DNA from: Rhina ancylostomus
Taxonomy: Eukaryota
Length of the DNA: 64,000 bases
Reading direction: 5' to 3'
Assembly (NCBI GenBank): GCA_030265395.1
Contig: JARFYF010000094.1
Coordinates: 70,950,866 to 71,014,865 of the forward strand
Shown here: positions 12,986-24,362 of the stretch, in pieces
Position numbering within the stretch: the stretch's first letter is position 1
Layout: every line of letters begins with the position of its first letter
Notes under the pieces: model-generated
What the model was told of the DNA's origin: nothing
The model's input: the letters and a program-made list of their open reading frames with translations, nothing else
The model's database searches: none
Program-made: the position numbers and the translations under genes

Positions 12986-13611
12986 ATTTTTATTTTCCTT
13001 CTCTTGACCCCTTGGTAGGATTTCCTCTATCTAGTTCCAGCAACTACTAAATAGGGCAGATCTCCCACTTGGCCACCAATGCTTTGGTTGGACTTACCCA
13101 CATTTCCACGCAGATGCCCCGAAGTCCAGTTGAGCTGTGATCTTATGCTGGCTGCTGCATCTTCCACTATGCCACCAGTGCTGCCTGGTGCTCCTGTACC
13201 ACTCTGGTGAACTCCCTGGAGAGTCTGAGAGTGGGCATTGGAGGGGAATGCAGGGGCTGGGGTTGAGGTGGAAACACAAACCACTTGATGACTTGCCGGC
13301 TCTTAAGGCTGAGAAATCTGGCCACTGAGACTTCCAGGTCAATGTGCAGAGTAGAATGGATTCATTGTATGAAACCCTGGGTGCAGGAGTGAGAGTTTAC
13401 AGGACCTTGAAGTTTTGGGGAATGCAGACGTTAATGATCAACTAACATGATTGTTTAGGTCCTGGGAGAATAGCTTGGTTGTGTTGTTACCCATCAACAG
13501 GTGCCTATGACAACTGATATGTTCTGCTAACCATAACGTACCTGATTACAAGTTCCCAGAATCATGTTCAGAGAGGGTAAAGGAGTTTTGAACTTACTCT
13601 GATGATCAGAA

Positions 13612-13860
13612 TAAAAAATGCAGATGCTGGAAATCTGCAGTAAAAACTGAAAATGCTGGAAACATACAGCATGTGAGGCAGCATTTGTGGAAAGTGAAAT
13701 AGGGTTAACATTCTGGGTCAAAGATCCACCATCAGAAGTGGGACAGTGTCTCTCTTCCCCAGTTCTGACAAATAATCTTTGATCTGAATCATCAACCCTG
13801 TTCTCTGTTCACAGGTGCTGCATGTTTGATCTTTCTCTGACGGCCTGAGTACCACCACTG
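13612..13860. mobile_element. Head-to-head inverted pair of Penelope-type repeats
   Basis: Minus copy ~13612-13738 (gcagatgctggaaatctg…gttaacattctgggtcaaagatccaccatcagaa) followed by a plus copy ~13760-13860. Confidence 0.6.
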
Positions 13861-13869
13861 TCCTCTGAC

Positions 13870-14210
13870 TGCTGAGACTTGAGCATATAATTCCACATGA
13901 CACACTTCAGCAGGACACCATAGGAGTGCTACACTGTCAGTGTTGTGCACCTTTTAGATGAAATGTTCAACTGAAATCCCAGATCTTCATTCAAGTGAAT
14001 GCAAAAAAATCTCTTGGTATTTAAAATAAGGATTCTTTACAGTTTCCTAGACATTTTTTAAATCCATTACTGCTCATGGGATACAGTCCTACATAAATTA
14101 ACGACCACATTTCCTTGCATTACTGCTATTATTAAATTTTAAAAGTATTTAAATGGCTGACAAATGTCTGGGGAAGTTCTGAGGCCACAAAAAATACTGC
14201 TTCCTGTCTA
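13870..14210 (+). mobile_element. Decayed DeuSINE
   Basis: ggagtgctacactgtcag…ttagatgaaatgtt…catttccttgcattac…aaaagtatttaaatggctg resembles the Deu-domain SINE body and tail. Confidence 0.6.
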
Positions 14211-14287
14211 GTGCCAAGACATCCCTTGATCTTTGTTGACCTTGATCTAGTTCTCTTAATACTACAAATTTAAAATTCTCAAACTTA

Positions 14288-14700
14288 CATAGAATATAGA
14301 ACATTACAGTGCAGTACAGGCCCTTCGGCCCATGATGTTGTGCAGACATTTTATCCTGCTCTAAGATCTATCTAATCCTTTCCTCCCACATAGCCGTCCA
14401 TTTTTCTATCATCCATGTGGCTATCTANNNNNNNNNNNNNNNNNNNNNNNNNNNNNNNNNNNNNNNNNNNNNNNNNNNNNNNNNNNNNNNNNNNNNNNNN
14501 NNNNNNNNNNNNNNNNNNNNNNNNNNNNNNNNNNNNNNNNNNNNNNNNNNNNNNNNNNNNNNNNNNNNNNNNNNNNNNNNNNNNNNNNNNNNNNNNNAAA
14601 AGTCTCTGACTGTCCACTCGATCTATGCCTCTTATCATCTTGTACACCTCTATCAAGTCACGTCTCATCCTCCTTCTTGCCAAAGAGAAAAGCCCTATCT
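14288..14700 (-). mobile_element. CR1 LINE 3' end spanning an assembly gap
   Basis: Minus ORF ARRRMRRDLIEVYKMIRGIDRVDSQRL; catagaatatagaac tail; same subfamily as 1-255 and ~31685-31841. Confidence 0.85.
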
Positions 14701-14765
14701 AGCTTACATTTAAATGCGCCTGTGGCTTTGCTTCTTTCTATTTCTGTAGCCTCCTATAGTCTTTG

Positions 14766-14975
14766 GTGACACGGTGGTGCTGTAAGTAGTGCATCTGTCT
14801 CACAGCTCAAGCAGCCTGGGTTTGATCCTGCCCTGCAGAGCTGTCTGTGTGGAGTTTGCACATTCTCCCTATGCATGGTTTTCCCTGGTTACTGCAGTTT
14901 CTTCCCACATCCCAAAGGGTGTTATGTTTTTGGGCTATTGTGTAGGTGGCTGGTAGGAAAATTAATGAGCTTGCA
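14766..14975 (+). mobile_element. tRNA-derived V-SINE (HE1-like)
   Basis: tRNA-like head (ggtggtgctgtaagtagtgc…ctgggtttgatcctg) and V-domain gtctgtgtggagtttgcacattctccct. Confidence 0.75.
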
Positions 14976-15204
14976 TAGACTCTTGACCTCACAATCTACC
15001 TTGTTATGACTTTGCCCCTAATTGTCTACCTGCACTGCACTTCCTCTGTAGCTATGAAAGTTTACTCTGTGTTCTGTTATTGTTTTTACCCTGTACTACC
15101 TCAATGCACTGTGTAATGAATTGATCTGCATGAACAGTATGCAAGATAAGTTTTTCACTGTACTTCAATACAAGTGACAATAATAAGCCAATGCCAATAC
15201 CAAT
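14975..15204 (+). mobile_element. Rex1-type LINE 3'UTR with (ACCAAT)n tail
   Basis: Near-identical in reverse to 40222-40377, which is continuous with Rex1 RT sequence. Confidence 0.75.
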
Positions 15205-16339
15205 GTGAATAATTTTGCAGGAAAATAAATGGGGAAGTGGATTGCTCTGAGAGCCAAAATAGATTTGATTGGCCTCCTTCTAGGTTTACAAAAAAATCTG
15301 AAAAATTACATAAGCCCTACAATATCCCTCTACCCACTTCATACCAAGAAACTCTCCAATCTTCTGTTGCCCCATCACTGGCAGACAAGCCTTCAGATGC
15401 CCTAGTATGGTGCCCCTGAAATTCTCTCTCTAAAGCATTCATCACTTTTTCTACTTAATCTCTTCCTTAAGCCGTCTTTCTTTGACTAAGCTCCTCCTGA
15501 TCATTGGCTATGAACACCTATGTTGAACATCTGGTTTCACCCAGGGTTTCATACAATGTATGCTGTCTGCCAAGTAACAGTGCCCTCTGTTGGTGGTAAG
15601 TATTATATTTTGTCCTGAATTAAGTAATCTTGAAAAGAAAGTTGCTCCACTGACCAAAGACTTTTTTGGGATTTGTTTGATGGTTTAAAGATTTTAGTCA
15701 TGCTATTCCACTTAGGTTATATTTATTTAACAGGATGCATCATCCCATGAGCAATGTTGTTTTCTTAATGTACAAGTAGTAAAGCAAACTAATTTTTTCT
15801 TGTGACATAACCTGTATTGGATCATGCCATTACATTCTGTCTTTGATATAAATTTGATGGAGATAACTTTGAGATAAACTCTCTCTTTGAAGAGGCTACA
15901 CATGGCTTACATGGACCTTGAACTCAGTGTACAAAAATGACTGCAGCCACATGCAAGAAGAAAACTTTGTAATTTGTTATTTATCATCTTAAATTCTAAT
16001 GACTAAAAATTCATTCTCAGTCAGTTATGCTAAATGTGCTTTTAGTATGATAGCTCTGGAATTCATTCCATTGAAGTCAAGGGAATGAATATTAGAGGCT
16101 GACTACAACATACTGACATGACTGCATGGTTTATTTAGTGCTGCCAATTGAAGAGATGTTAGCTGTTGGTTCCTTATATATACAAATTCAAAATATGCAC
16201 TGCTAGTAAAGTTTTCACACTTTTAGTAATGCATTTATTAAATCCTATAATATAAAAATCTTAAAGATAAACTGTTCACAATCAATCCCTCTGACTATAT
16301 CTGTAGTAAATGGGGGCTTTCTTTTACAGTGTATTATTG

Positions 16340-16504
16340 TGTTACGTACCAGCAACAACAGAAACACACCGAGACACGTATAAGTGTTAACAACTACTTT
16401 ATTAATAACTACTTATGATAATAAGTAAAACAAAAGTAAAAATGTTAGAAATGTTAGAAGTAAAAATGTTAGGAACCTCACTAATTGTAACCTAGTCCGT
16501 AACA
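16340..16504. mobile_element. Short solo LTR (Gypsy-like) with 4-bp TSD
   Basis: TGTTACG…CGTAACA termini, flanked by ATTG at 16336-16339 and 16505-16508. Confidence 0.75.
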
Positions 16505-18214
16505 ATTGCACGTAATAAACTATATTTCACAAACTTCAAAGTTCCAACGGTAGATTAGGCAAGATTTGCTTCTCTGAGACAAAGGTTGGTCAAGTTAAAT
16601 CAGCCAAACTTTTGCTGGATTTAATCACTTAAAAATCTTTTTAAATGTGCAGTTCCCCAGTAAAAATTTTGTGGAAAGGAAAGACACTGTAAAAAAGACT
16701 GAAGACTGCAGCAGCATCAGATGAGCTGACCAATTGTGAAGGAGGAATGTACTCACTTCATTGACTTGTCAGGTAACCACAATTCCACTTTTTGACAATA
16801 TCTTCTTCTGAAGGACCAGTCAATGCAAAAAAAGAAGGCACTGCATAATTTTAGTGAGACCATCCTCCAAATCCTCTTCGAGAAAACTGAGCGGAGTGGG
16901 GAAACTGTTGGGTTTCCATAGAAGGAAACCACAAAGAAATATATCTTATACCAGATTAAGGAAGATGGTACTGACATTTAGTGATAATTCTCTCACTCTG
17001 TTCAGTGGCACAAGTTGCAAAGGCAGGTCAGATAATGTACTTGCTGCTCTCCTTTTTCTTCCTAGGGCAACAGGGTACATGTTACCTTTGAAAATCAAAA
17101 GCTATACCATTAATACTTCACACAGTATCTTGGTTAAGGAGATACCAGCTCAGGATCTTGCAATGTACAACTTTGCTTGATAGCAGTTACCTGCATGTAC
17201 GCACTTAAAAAGGTTATTGTCCACTAATGTGCCAGACCTTTTACATCAGCTGCCTTACATTTATCTGAAAATAGCCTGAATTGCCAGCCTTGACTTACCT
17301 CGCTCTTGCTTTGGAATCGAGCTGAACATAATGCAAGCTTGAAGTGAAGGGAGGGGTTGGTATTGTTACCTAAAATATGGAGCTATCTTCTATAAAGACC
17401 TCACCATGTTGGAGCAAAAATGATGGACAATAATTTGGGAGACAATTCCAAATTCGAGGTCTTTCTTCAGGAACTGGAATTTGCAAAGTTCAAAATAGCC
17501 CTGATTCTGAATTGAAACCTCATTTTGGCAATAATGATACTCAGTTGTGCATTCTTCCCTCTTTAAAAAACCTGTACTTCAAGACCTATTCAGACACTTG
17601 AGCTCAAAGTCCGAGCTAATAGTTCACTGAGGGTGAAGTATTGGGTACAAGTCAGCAGCAGCCAGGGCAGGGAGTCAAGATAATGTAGGTAACAGTGTAC
17701 CAGAGTGAGGTAGCAAACAAGTTCAACCACAATGGCAGCCTACCAATGAAGACCACTGGGTGTGCATGGCAACATTCTTGGCATATTTGGAAGCCTGTCA
17801 GGAAGCCTACAGTCATTGTCAAAAGGTATGGAGGAGTCCAACGTCTTGTAGGTTTTGCACATAACTTAGAACACATCCTTTCCAGGATGGTAGCCAGGTC
17901 CACTGGCACACTTATGGACTCAGTAATCTGCTGGTTAACATCACCATTGATGGTGGAATTTGCAGCCTTATCTTCCAGGCCTTAAGCTTCTCAAAGTCCA
18001 GCAAAACCATTAGTGATCACGTCCACTGAAGAAGAACTGCTATCTACTGGGCATGTTCCAGCCTCAGGGTTAGTAGGGCTGCAGAGAACCATCTTCTTGA
18101 AGAGAATGCAGAAGATTGATTAATTAATTGCATGCAGTAAAGTATGATTTAGTTCAGAATGGTTACTATATGAATTTTATATTTGCACTGTAGCCAAGCA
18201 AAGTGTATGATGGT

Positions 18215-18350
18215 GTGCTGTGGGACTTAAGGCTTTTGTAGCTCCTTCCCGATGGTAGCTGTAAGAAGATGGCAATGGCTCAGATGGTGGGTGTATTTGA
18301 TGATAGATGTTGCCTGCTTGAGACATCACCTCATGTAGATACTACCAATG
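18215..18350 (-). mobile_element. Rex1-type LINE 3' fragment
   Basis: Reverse complement aligns by eye to the Rex1 copy at ~39240-39355. Confidence 0.6.
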
Positions 18351-18359
18351 GTTTCCAAG

Positions 18360-19233
18360 TTTACTTTTGACACTCAGTTAAGTAAGATCAATATATAGAA
18401 GGGGATGTAAGGAGGCTTTGGGGAGGATAAGCTGAGTGAGTAGTGAACACATGGCAGATGGTATATAATGTGGAAAGATGGGAGGTCATCCATCTTGGTA
18501 TGCAAATCAGAAAAGTGCTTTGTAAATGGTGATAGATCGGGTAGTGTTGATGTTCAAAGGGATACAAAGTAGCAAAAGCCAACATGCATATGCAGCAAGT
18601 AATTTGGAAGGCAAATTGGATACTAGCCTTAATAAAGATAGGGTTTCAGTTCAAGAATAAGCAATGTACAATTGTAGAGAGCCTTGGTGAGACCATACCT
18701 GAAATATTGTGTACAGTTTTAGTTTCCTTACCTGAGAAAAGATATAATAGCCATAGAGGGAGTGGAGCAAAGATTGACTTCACTGGTTACAGAGATAATG
18801 AGTTTTCCATAAGGTTGCATAGACTAGGCCTAAATTCTCTAGAGTTTAGAAGAATAAGAGGGGATCTCGTTGAAACTTACAAAATTCTTAATCGGGCTTG
18901 GCAGGCAAGATGCAGGGAGAATGCTTCCTCTGGCTGAGGAGTCTATGATACAGAGTCACAATCTTGGAGAAAGGGCTGGGCTGTTTTGTCCTGTGGTGAA
19001 GGGAAATTTCTTCACTCAGAGATGGAGAAATGGAATTCTTTACTCCATTCCAGATGGCAGTTGTTGAGTTCATTCAAAACAGAGACAATAGATTTTTCAA
19101 TATAAGGGTATCAATATGGGGATAGTGAAAAAAATGACACATGGGTAAAAGGTCGACTGTGATCTCAACAAATTGTGGAATGGGCTTAAAGTTTTGGATA
19201 TCTTCTTCCTGCTCCTAATTATTATTATGTTAT
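18360..19233 (+). mobile_element. Decayed CR1 LINE 3' portion
   Basis: MQQVIWKANWILALIK…LHRLGLNSLEFRRIRGDLVETYKIL (ORF 18584); cctgctcctaatt…tatgttatg tail. Confidence 0.8.
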
Positions 19234-22083
19234 GGCTTGTCACAAGAGGCCAAATGTATAGGTAGCATAACAGACTGTGTTCATTTAAGGATGCTAGGTA
19301 CTTATTGGTCTCACATTAGCTGAAGAAGTGCAACATCCCCACTGACTCCTGGGAACCTCTGACCCATGACCACTCAAAGTGGAGAAGCTGAGTTCAGGAT
19401 GGTATTGAGGAACTCAAGGCCATTCATCAGGAGCACACAGAAGTCCTGCATAAGTGGCAGAAGGAATGTACTACCTCACAAGCTACTCATCTGCCCAGGC
19501 TGTCAGCCAGCTCCTTCCCCATCTGTGGAAGATGGTGATGTTCACAATTTGGCCTCATCAGCCACCCCAGAAGCTGCAAAGCTAGTAAGTCATCCTTGAT
19601 CCAGGGGGACTGCCTAAGAAGAACGCAACTACCGGCTAGAAAAATTCATGACCGCCCTCACTTTGGCCTGCCCTTCCTCTGCTCTGAAAATGCACTTGTA
19701 ACCACAGTGTATTACAGTAATGGGTTTCAATGAGGGTGTAGTTATTGAAGTGCAGGCACCTCACACATCGTTCCTCACTGAGGCTCAGGTAGGATAATTA
19801 ATCCCTAAGCACCGTGGACAGAAATACCCCTGTTGAGAACTCTTCTTTCTCCTCTTCCCACTGTTAGCAGCTTTCTGTGTTCTTTGTGCTCATTCTGCCA
19901 TTCATGCCGCATTCCAAGGGTAATGAATACCTACCAGTTCTCCCTCTCCCAGCAGCAGTCAGTTTATGCAAAAGACTTGAAGTCAGCAATTCAGTCAGTT
20001 AGTCCCAGAGCGGTGACTTTTGCAACTTGAAACAACAAAGGAAACTATTAGACTTGTAGCAAAAAACAGATTCCAGCATCTGTGGTCTCTTGTGTCCAGA
20101 CTTCTACAATTATATTAACAGATAGATGAAGTCACCCAGCAGCTACCTTTTAAATTGTTGATATTCCTTTCCTGATACTTAACCTGTATTCATCTCTGAA
20201 GCTAAAAGACAATGTAAGTGTTAAACTCCAAAAGGACAGTGCCAATGTCAAGTAAGTATTGCACACTGATTAACATCATCTATTCACAATGCATTCTTCT
20301 GGAGGACATTAACTACTGGTAATACCTTCACCAGTCTGGTGTATGTCAGGAATCATAGTGGAAGTTTTCACAGAGTGCATCAGATACCACCGAATGGCAT
20401 CAGAAGTGCCAAAACAACAGGTATTACTAATGTCCATTTCATGCCCTATTTGAATAATTCTGATTTGGTGTTTTAACTGTTAGAATGAAATTAAAATGTC
20501 TGACACAGCTAGAATGCAGTTTTTTGATTTATTTCATAAAATAATGCTTTTTGAACATCACACTCAAAGTTTGAAATTGTTGTTAACAAGTGAAAATCAT
20601 ATCAATTTGTCAGTTGTGCAGTAACATAACATGCAGGGTTCAACTTTTGAAGGGTCTAATTTGAATTTATAGTGAGAATTATTTATTGGTAGAGTTTTAA
20701 GGGGATATATCAGGCTTGTACAGAGACCTGCACTGCTGTTTATTTTGACGTTAGGATCCAGTAGGAGGTCAACAGCGGTAAGTGGGCAAGAGGCAGGTTA
20801 TCAATTGGGGGAGTTAAAATATTGGGAGGAATTTAAGGTTGAGGGCAACTGAGGCAGTAGAACAGGGTGTTGAATGTTGAATGGTGGCAGCAATTCCAAC
20901 GAAGGGTAAGGAGGATCTGATAACAGATATGGATAACATGCTGGCAGAATACAGCTGAATAATTGATTGAGGGGCCTTGGGCAGCATGCCCACAATTCAC
21001 ACCACATAAAGTACAAACCTGCCGAACCCAGCAACTTCCACTTCACATTACCCCCATGATTCCCAAGGCTTGGAAAATATTGTGGTCAATATTTAATTTA
21101 AATGACTGCCAAAGTATAAGGGGCATATTAACATATTACAAATATAACATAACATCAACCCACTCCTCCAGAAAGACTTCCTTGACACCTGAAATTTGCC
21201 ACAATTAAAATAGAAGGAGGCAGCTTTGTAGTTGTCACAAATTTCTGCATTGAACCATCCCCTCTCCAGATCTTCCAAGTCCAGTGTCTGTGGGAGGGGA
21301 ATAAAGGAGCAGGGAGGTACGAAAAAAAACTATTGTGTTTTCTCCACCAATCATGAAGTTGCTTTGATGGATAATCCTCATAATCTTTCAATGCATTTTG
21401 GTGGCTCTCCTAGCGTACATCAGCTTACTTTCAAGAATGATGTTTGCAGGTTACTTTTTCAGTGTATCATGCATTCAAGATACAACCTATTGAAAGTAAA
21501 AGCCTTGTGCATGATGCGTTTTTTCAAAACTAATAGAGCTTACATTTCTTCAGTCGAACAATTGGATCAGAGGTTTAACATTTCAATTAATTAACAACGA
21601 AGTAAGAGAATGTTTGAACTTTGAAAATCAACATCGCTTCTCAAACGTAAATAAATCATATATTTCAACTGCAAAATTACAAACTAATTTCAAATTTAGT
21701 GGAGGTGATTTTTTTTTAAAAATGCAAGTATCAAAATTTATAAATGCAAGTTTTTGAAATAGTTATTAATGATGCTACATGGCAAAATAAACTAGAAAGC
21801 AGCAAATATACATTCTTAATTAACCAGATACTTAATTTTAGTCGATTCCTTTCTGAGAACACTGATTTCTTCCACATTTTGTGCCTTATATTTTCTGATT
21901 GCCAAGTATCGGCATTCCTGTATTTCTATTCCGCTCTTTCAGTTCCACTGTAAACTTTTGCAACTGTAAAAGAAATTTGCTAGTTTATCACTTTTTCACC
22001 TAAATTGTCTTAGTTATATAGCAAAACAATTGTTTTTATAAGGTAACTAATGGAAATTTTCCTACTTCACATTTTGTAGATAT

Positions 22084-22422
22084 TTATAAAATACTTTCTT
22101 CTTCAAAGTCAAACTTAAATGCAGATCCACTTTGGAAAAGAGATCCATTTTTGCTTTCTTTGCCATTCATAAATTCTTCATAAGGATCTGCTTGGGATTT
22201 CTTTTTCTTTGCTCGCAGATGCCCCAGAAACACAATAAATGCCAGGAATGAGTAGAAGAACATCACGAAGAGGACAAAAAAGTAGGCATTTTCATCGGAT
22301 TTCTGCAGATTTCCCATGGAAGCAGTTGCATTCAGCTGTGATCCATCTGTTTTTCCCAAAGATTCCTTTAAAACCTTTCCAATACATGAATTGAAAAGCG
22401 AAATTAAAGTAGTTGTGTTCAT
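22084..22422 (-). CDS. KCNE-family voltage-gated K+ channel single-pass beta subunit, 112 aa (KCNE3/KCNE6-like)
   Basis: Uninterrupted ORF from ATG at 22422 (context ACCAAG-ATG, A at -3). N-glycosylation sequons N2-T-T and N31-A-T; one TM segment AYFFVLFVMFFYSFLAFIVFLG; basic stop-transfer RAKKKK and DPY motif matching the KCNE pattern (KCNE3: DDNSYMYILFVMFLF…LGYTRSRKVDKRSDPY). A single coding exon is typical of the family. Confidence 0.9.
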   Translation of the reverse strand: MNTTTLISLFNSCIGKVLKESLGKTDGSQLNATASMGNLQKSDENAYFFVLFVMFFYSFLAFIVFLGHLRAKKKKSQADPYEEFMNGKESKNGSLFQSGSAFKFDFEEESIL

Positions 22423-24167
22423 CTTGGTGCCGCTCAGAAAAGTTGTGTGCGCTCTCAAAACAAGCACGTGGACTCGCATCCAAAGATAACTGAATTCTAG
22501 ATTTGGTAAGGAATGCTGCTCCTTCACTTACTGCAGAGGCCTAATGATAACGCAACATATTTTAGATAATGCATTCTATGTTGGAGTGTAAACTTTTGGA
22601 TATATCTTTTTGAAACATTAACAGAAGCAGCATTTCCAAATTTAGGATCAGTGCAAAACCCCAATCCATCCATGAAAAGGTGACAAAGTGATAACCTCAC
22701 AGGTCTCTGCTACTGTCGATTTGTAGTTGGTTGAAGGAGGTGTGGGAGAGCAGCTTCAAGTGGTTTGGCCTTTGACCTTAATTCCTCAAGGGAACTAGCT
22801 AACCTCTGCTTTGCTGTGATTGTGGACCTTGCCTCTATTGATATTAACACAAAAAGTTCATATCCTGTACCATCATAGTGTAGCACCAACATTATTGGGC
22901 TGCCTTTAAGTGCCAAATTAATGATATCTCGACACCACAAAAAGGTCTATTAATGCAAATGGACATTTACAGTATTTCAAAAAATGTGATTATTAATCAC
23001 AGTAAAAATAATCATTTAAACTAGTTTAATATGAACAAATTTTTGTTAATGAATTATTACCTACACACTGTGCACTGTCAGTGATATATACAGTATGAAA
23101 ATATATCAATATTTATCATTTAATTCTAGGTAATTCTTTCATAAGGCCAAAATACAGCTCCTCACTGCAAAAGACATGTGAGTGACACCAGTTAAGAGGT
23201 ATTCCCAAGTGTATCACAGTAAAGTGTATCACAAGTATTACCACCCTACAATTCATGATTATAATTACAGTAAATATGATTTAGATTTAACATAATCATT
23301 ATAAACCCACAGTTAAGTAATACAGTATGTCTGTAATTGTGACAGTCCGATATTCCATGTCTATATACATACTTGGAAAACTCAGATTTGCAGTCCATTT
23401 TGCAATGTTTCCAACATTAAGCCTCCCCCTTTGAGTGAAATTAAACTAAAAATATACAACTTCTTTCTTCATTCATTTGCACTTATGTACTTGCTTTGAT
23501 CTAATTTACTTCATTTTTCTAAAGCTTTCTTACAATCTTTAAGGCACTATAATCATTTCCCCAAATCTTCAAACCCCTTTCCAATGCTGAATCTGTTGAG
23601 GATGTTTGTGTTTTAGAAATATTTGTCTGAAGGAGTACTCTTAAGTAATCTGACCAAGCAAAGTAAACTCATAATATGCATTATGTGCAAGGATATCAAA
23701 TATAGTTTTGAAACTGTCAGGTATTAATTTTATATTAGAAATTCCTATGATTGTTGGAATTTGAACCTCTGCTTGTGAACCTGCCCAGAAAGGGTGCAAG
23801 TTGTGAACTTGAGCACACAAGAGTTATGCGCCTATGCCTAGTTTGCTGTCACTTCAAGAGTGCATCATGGANNNNNNNNNNNNNNNNNNNNNNNNNNNNN
23901 NNNNNNNNNNNNNNNNNNNNNNNNNNNNNNNNNNNNNNNNNNNNNNNNNNNNNNNNNNNNNNNNNNNNNNNNNNNNNNNNNNNNNNNNNNNNNNNNNNNN
24001 NNNNNNNNNNNNNNNNNNNNNNNNNNNNNNNNNNNNNNNNNNNNNNNNNNNNNNNNNNNNNNNNNNNNNNNNNNNNNNNNNNNNNNNNNNNNNNNNNNNN
24101 NNNNNNNNNNNNNNNNNNNNNNNNNNNNNNNNNNNNNNNNNNNNNNNNNNNNNNNNNNNNGGTATCA

Positions 24168-24362
24168 AACATAGAAACACAGAACAGTACAGCACAGCAT
24201 GAGCCCTTTGGTCCACAATGTTGTACCAACCTATATTTACCTTATCCACATTCAATCTATCCCCCTCTCTACATCACCTTCCATAACCTTCTATGTTTCT
24301 TTCATCCATGTGCCTATCTAATAGTCTCTTAAATGACCCTATCGTATTGGTCCCTACCACCA
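24168..24362 (-). mobile_element. CR1 LINE 3' end
   Basis: aaacatagaaacacagaacagtacagcacagc…ccctttggtccacaatgttg; GSFKRLLDRHMD in minus translation. Confidence 0.8.

Noticed and set aside
16750-18100. Several 70-110 aa ORFs in moderately GC-rich sequence
   Set aside because: No recognisable domain or splice-consistent exon chain; probably a very old element I cannot classify
22423-22527. 147-aa version of the KCNE ORF starting at 22527
   Set aside because: Starts at GTG, not ATG; the ATG at 22422 has a better context and gives a typical KCNE N-terminus
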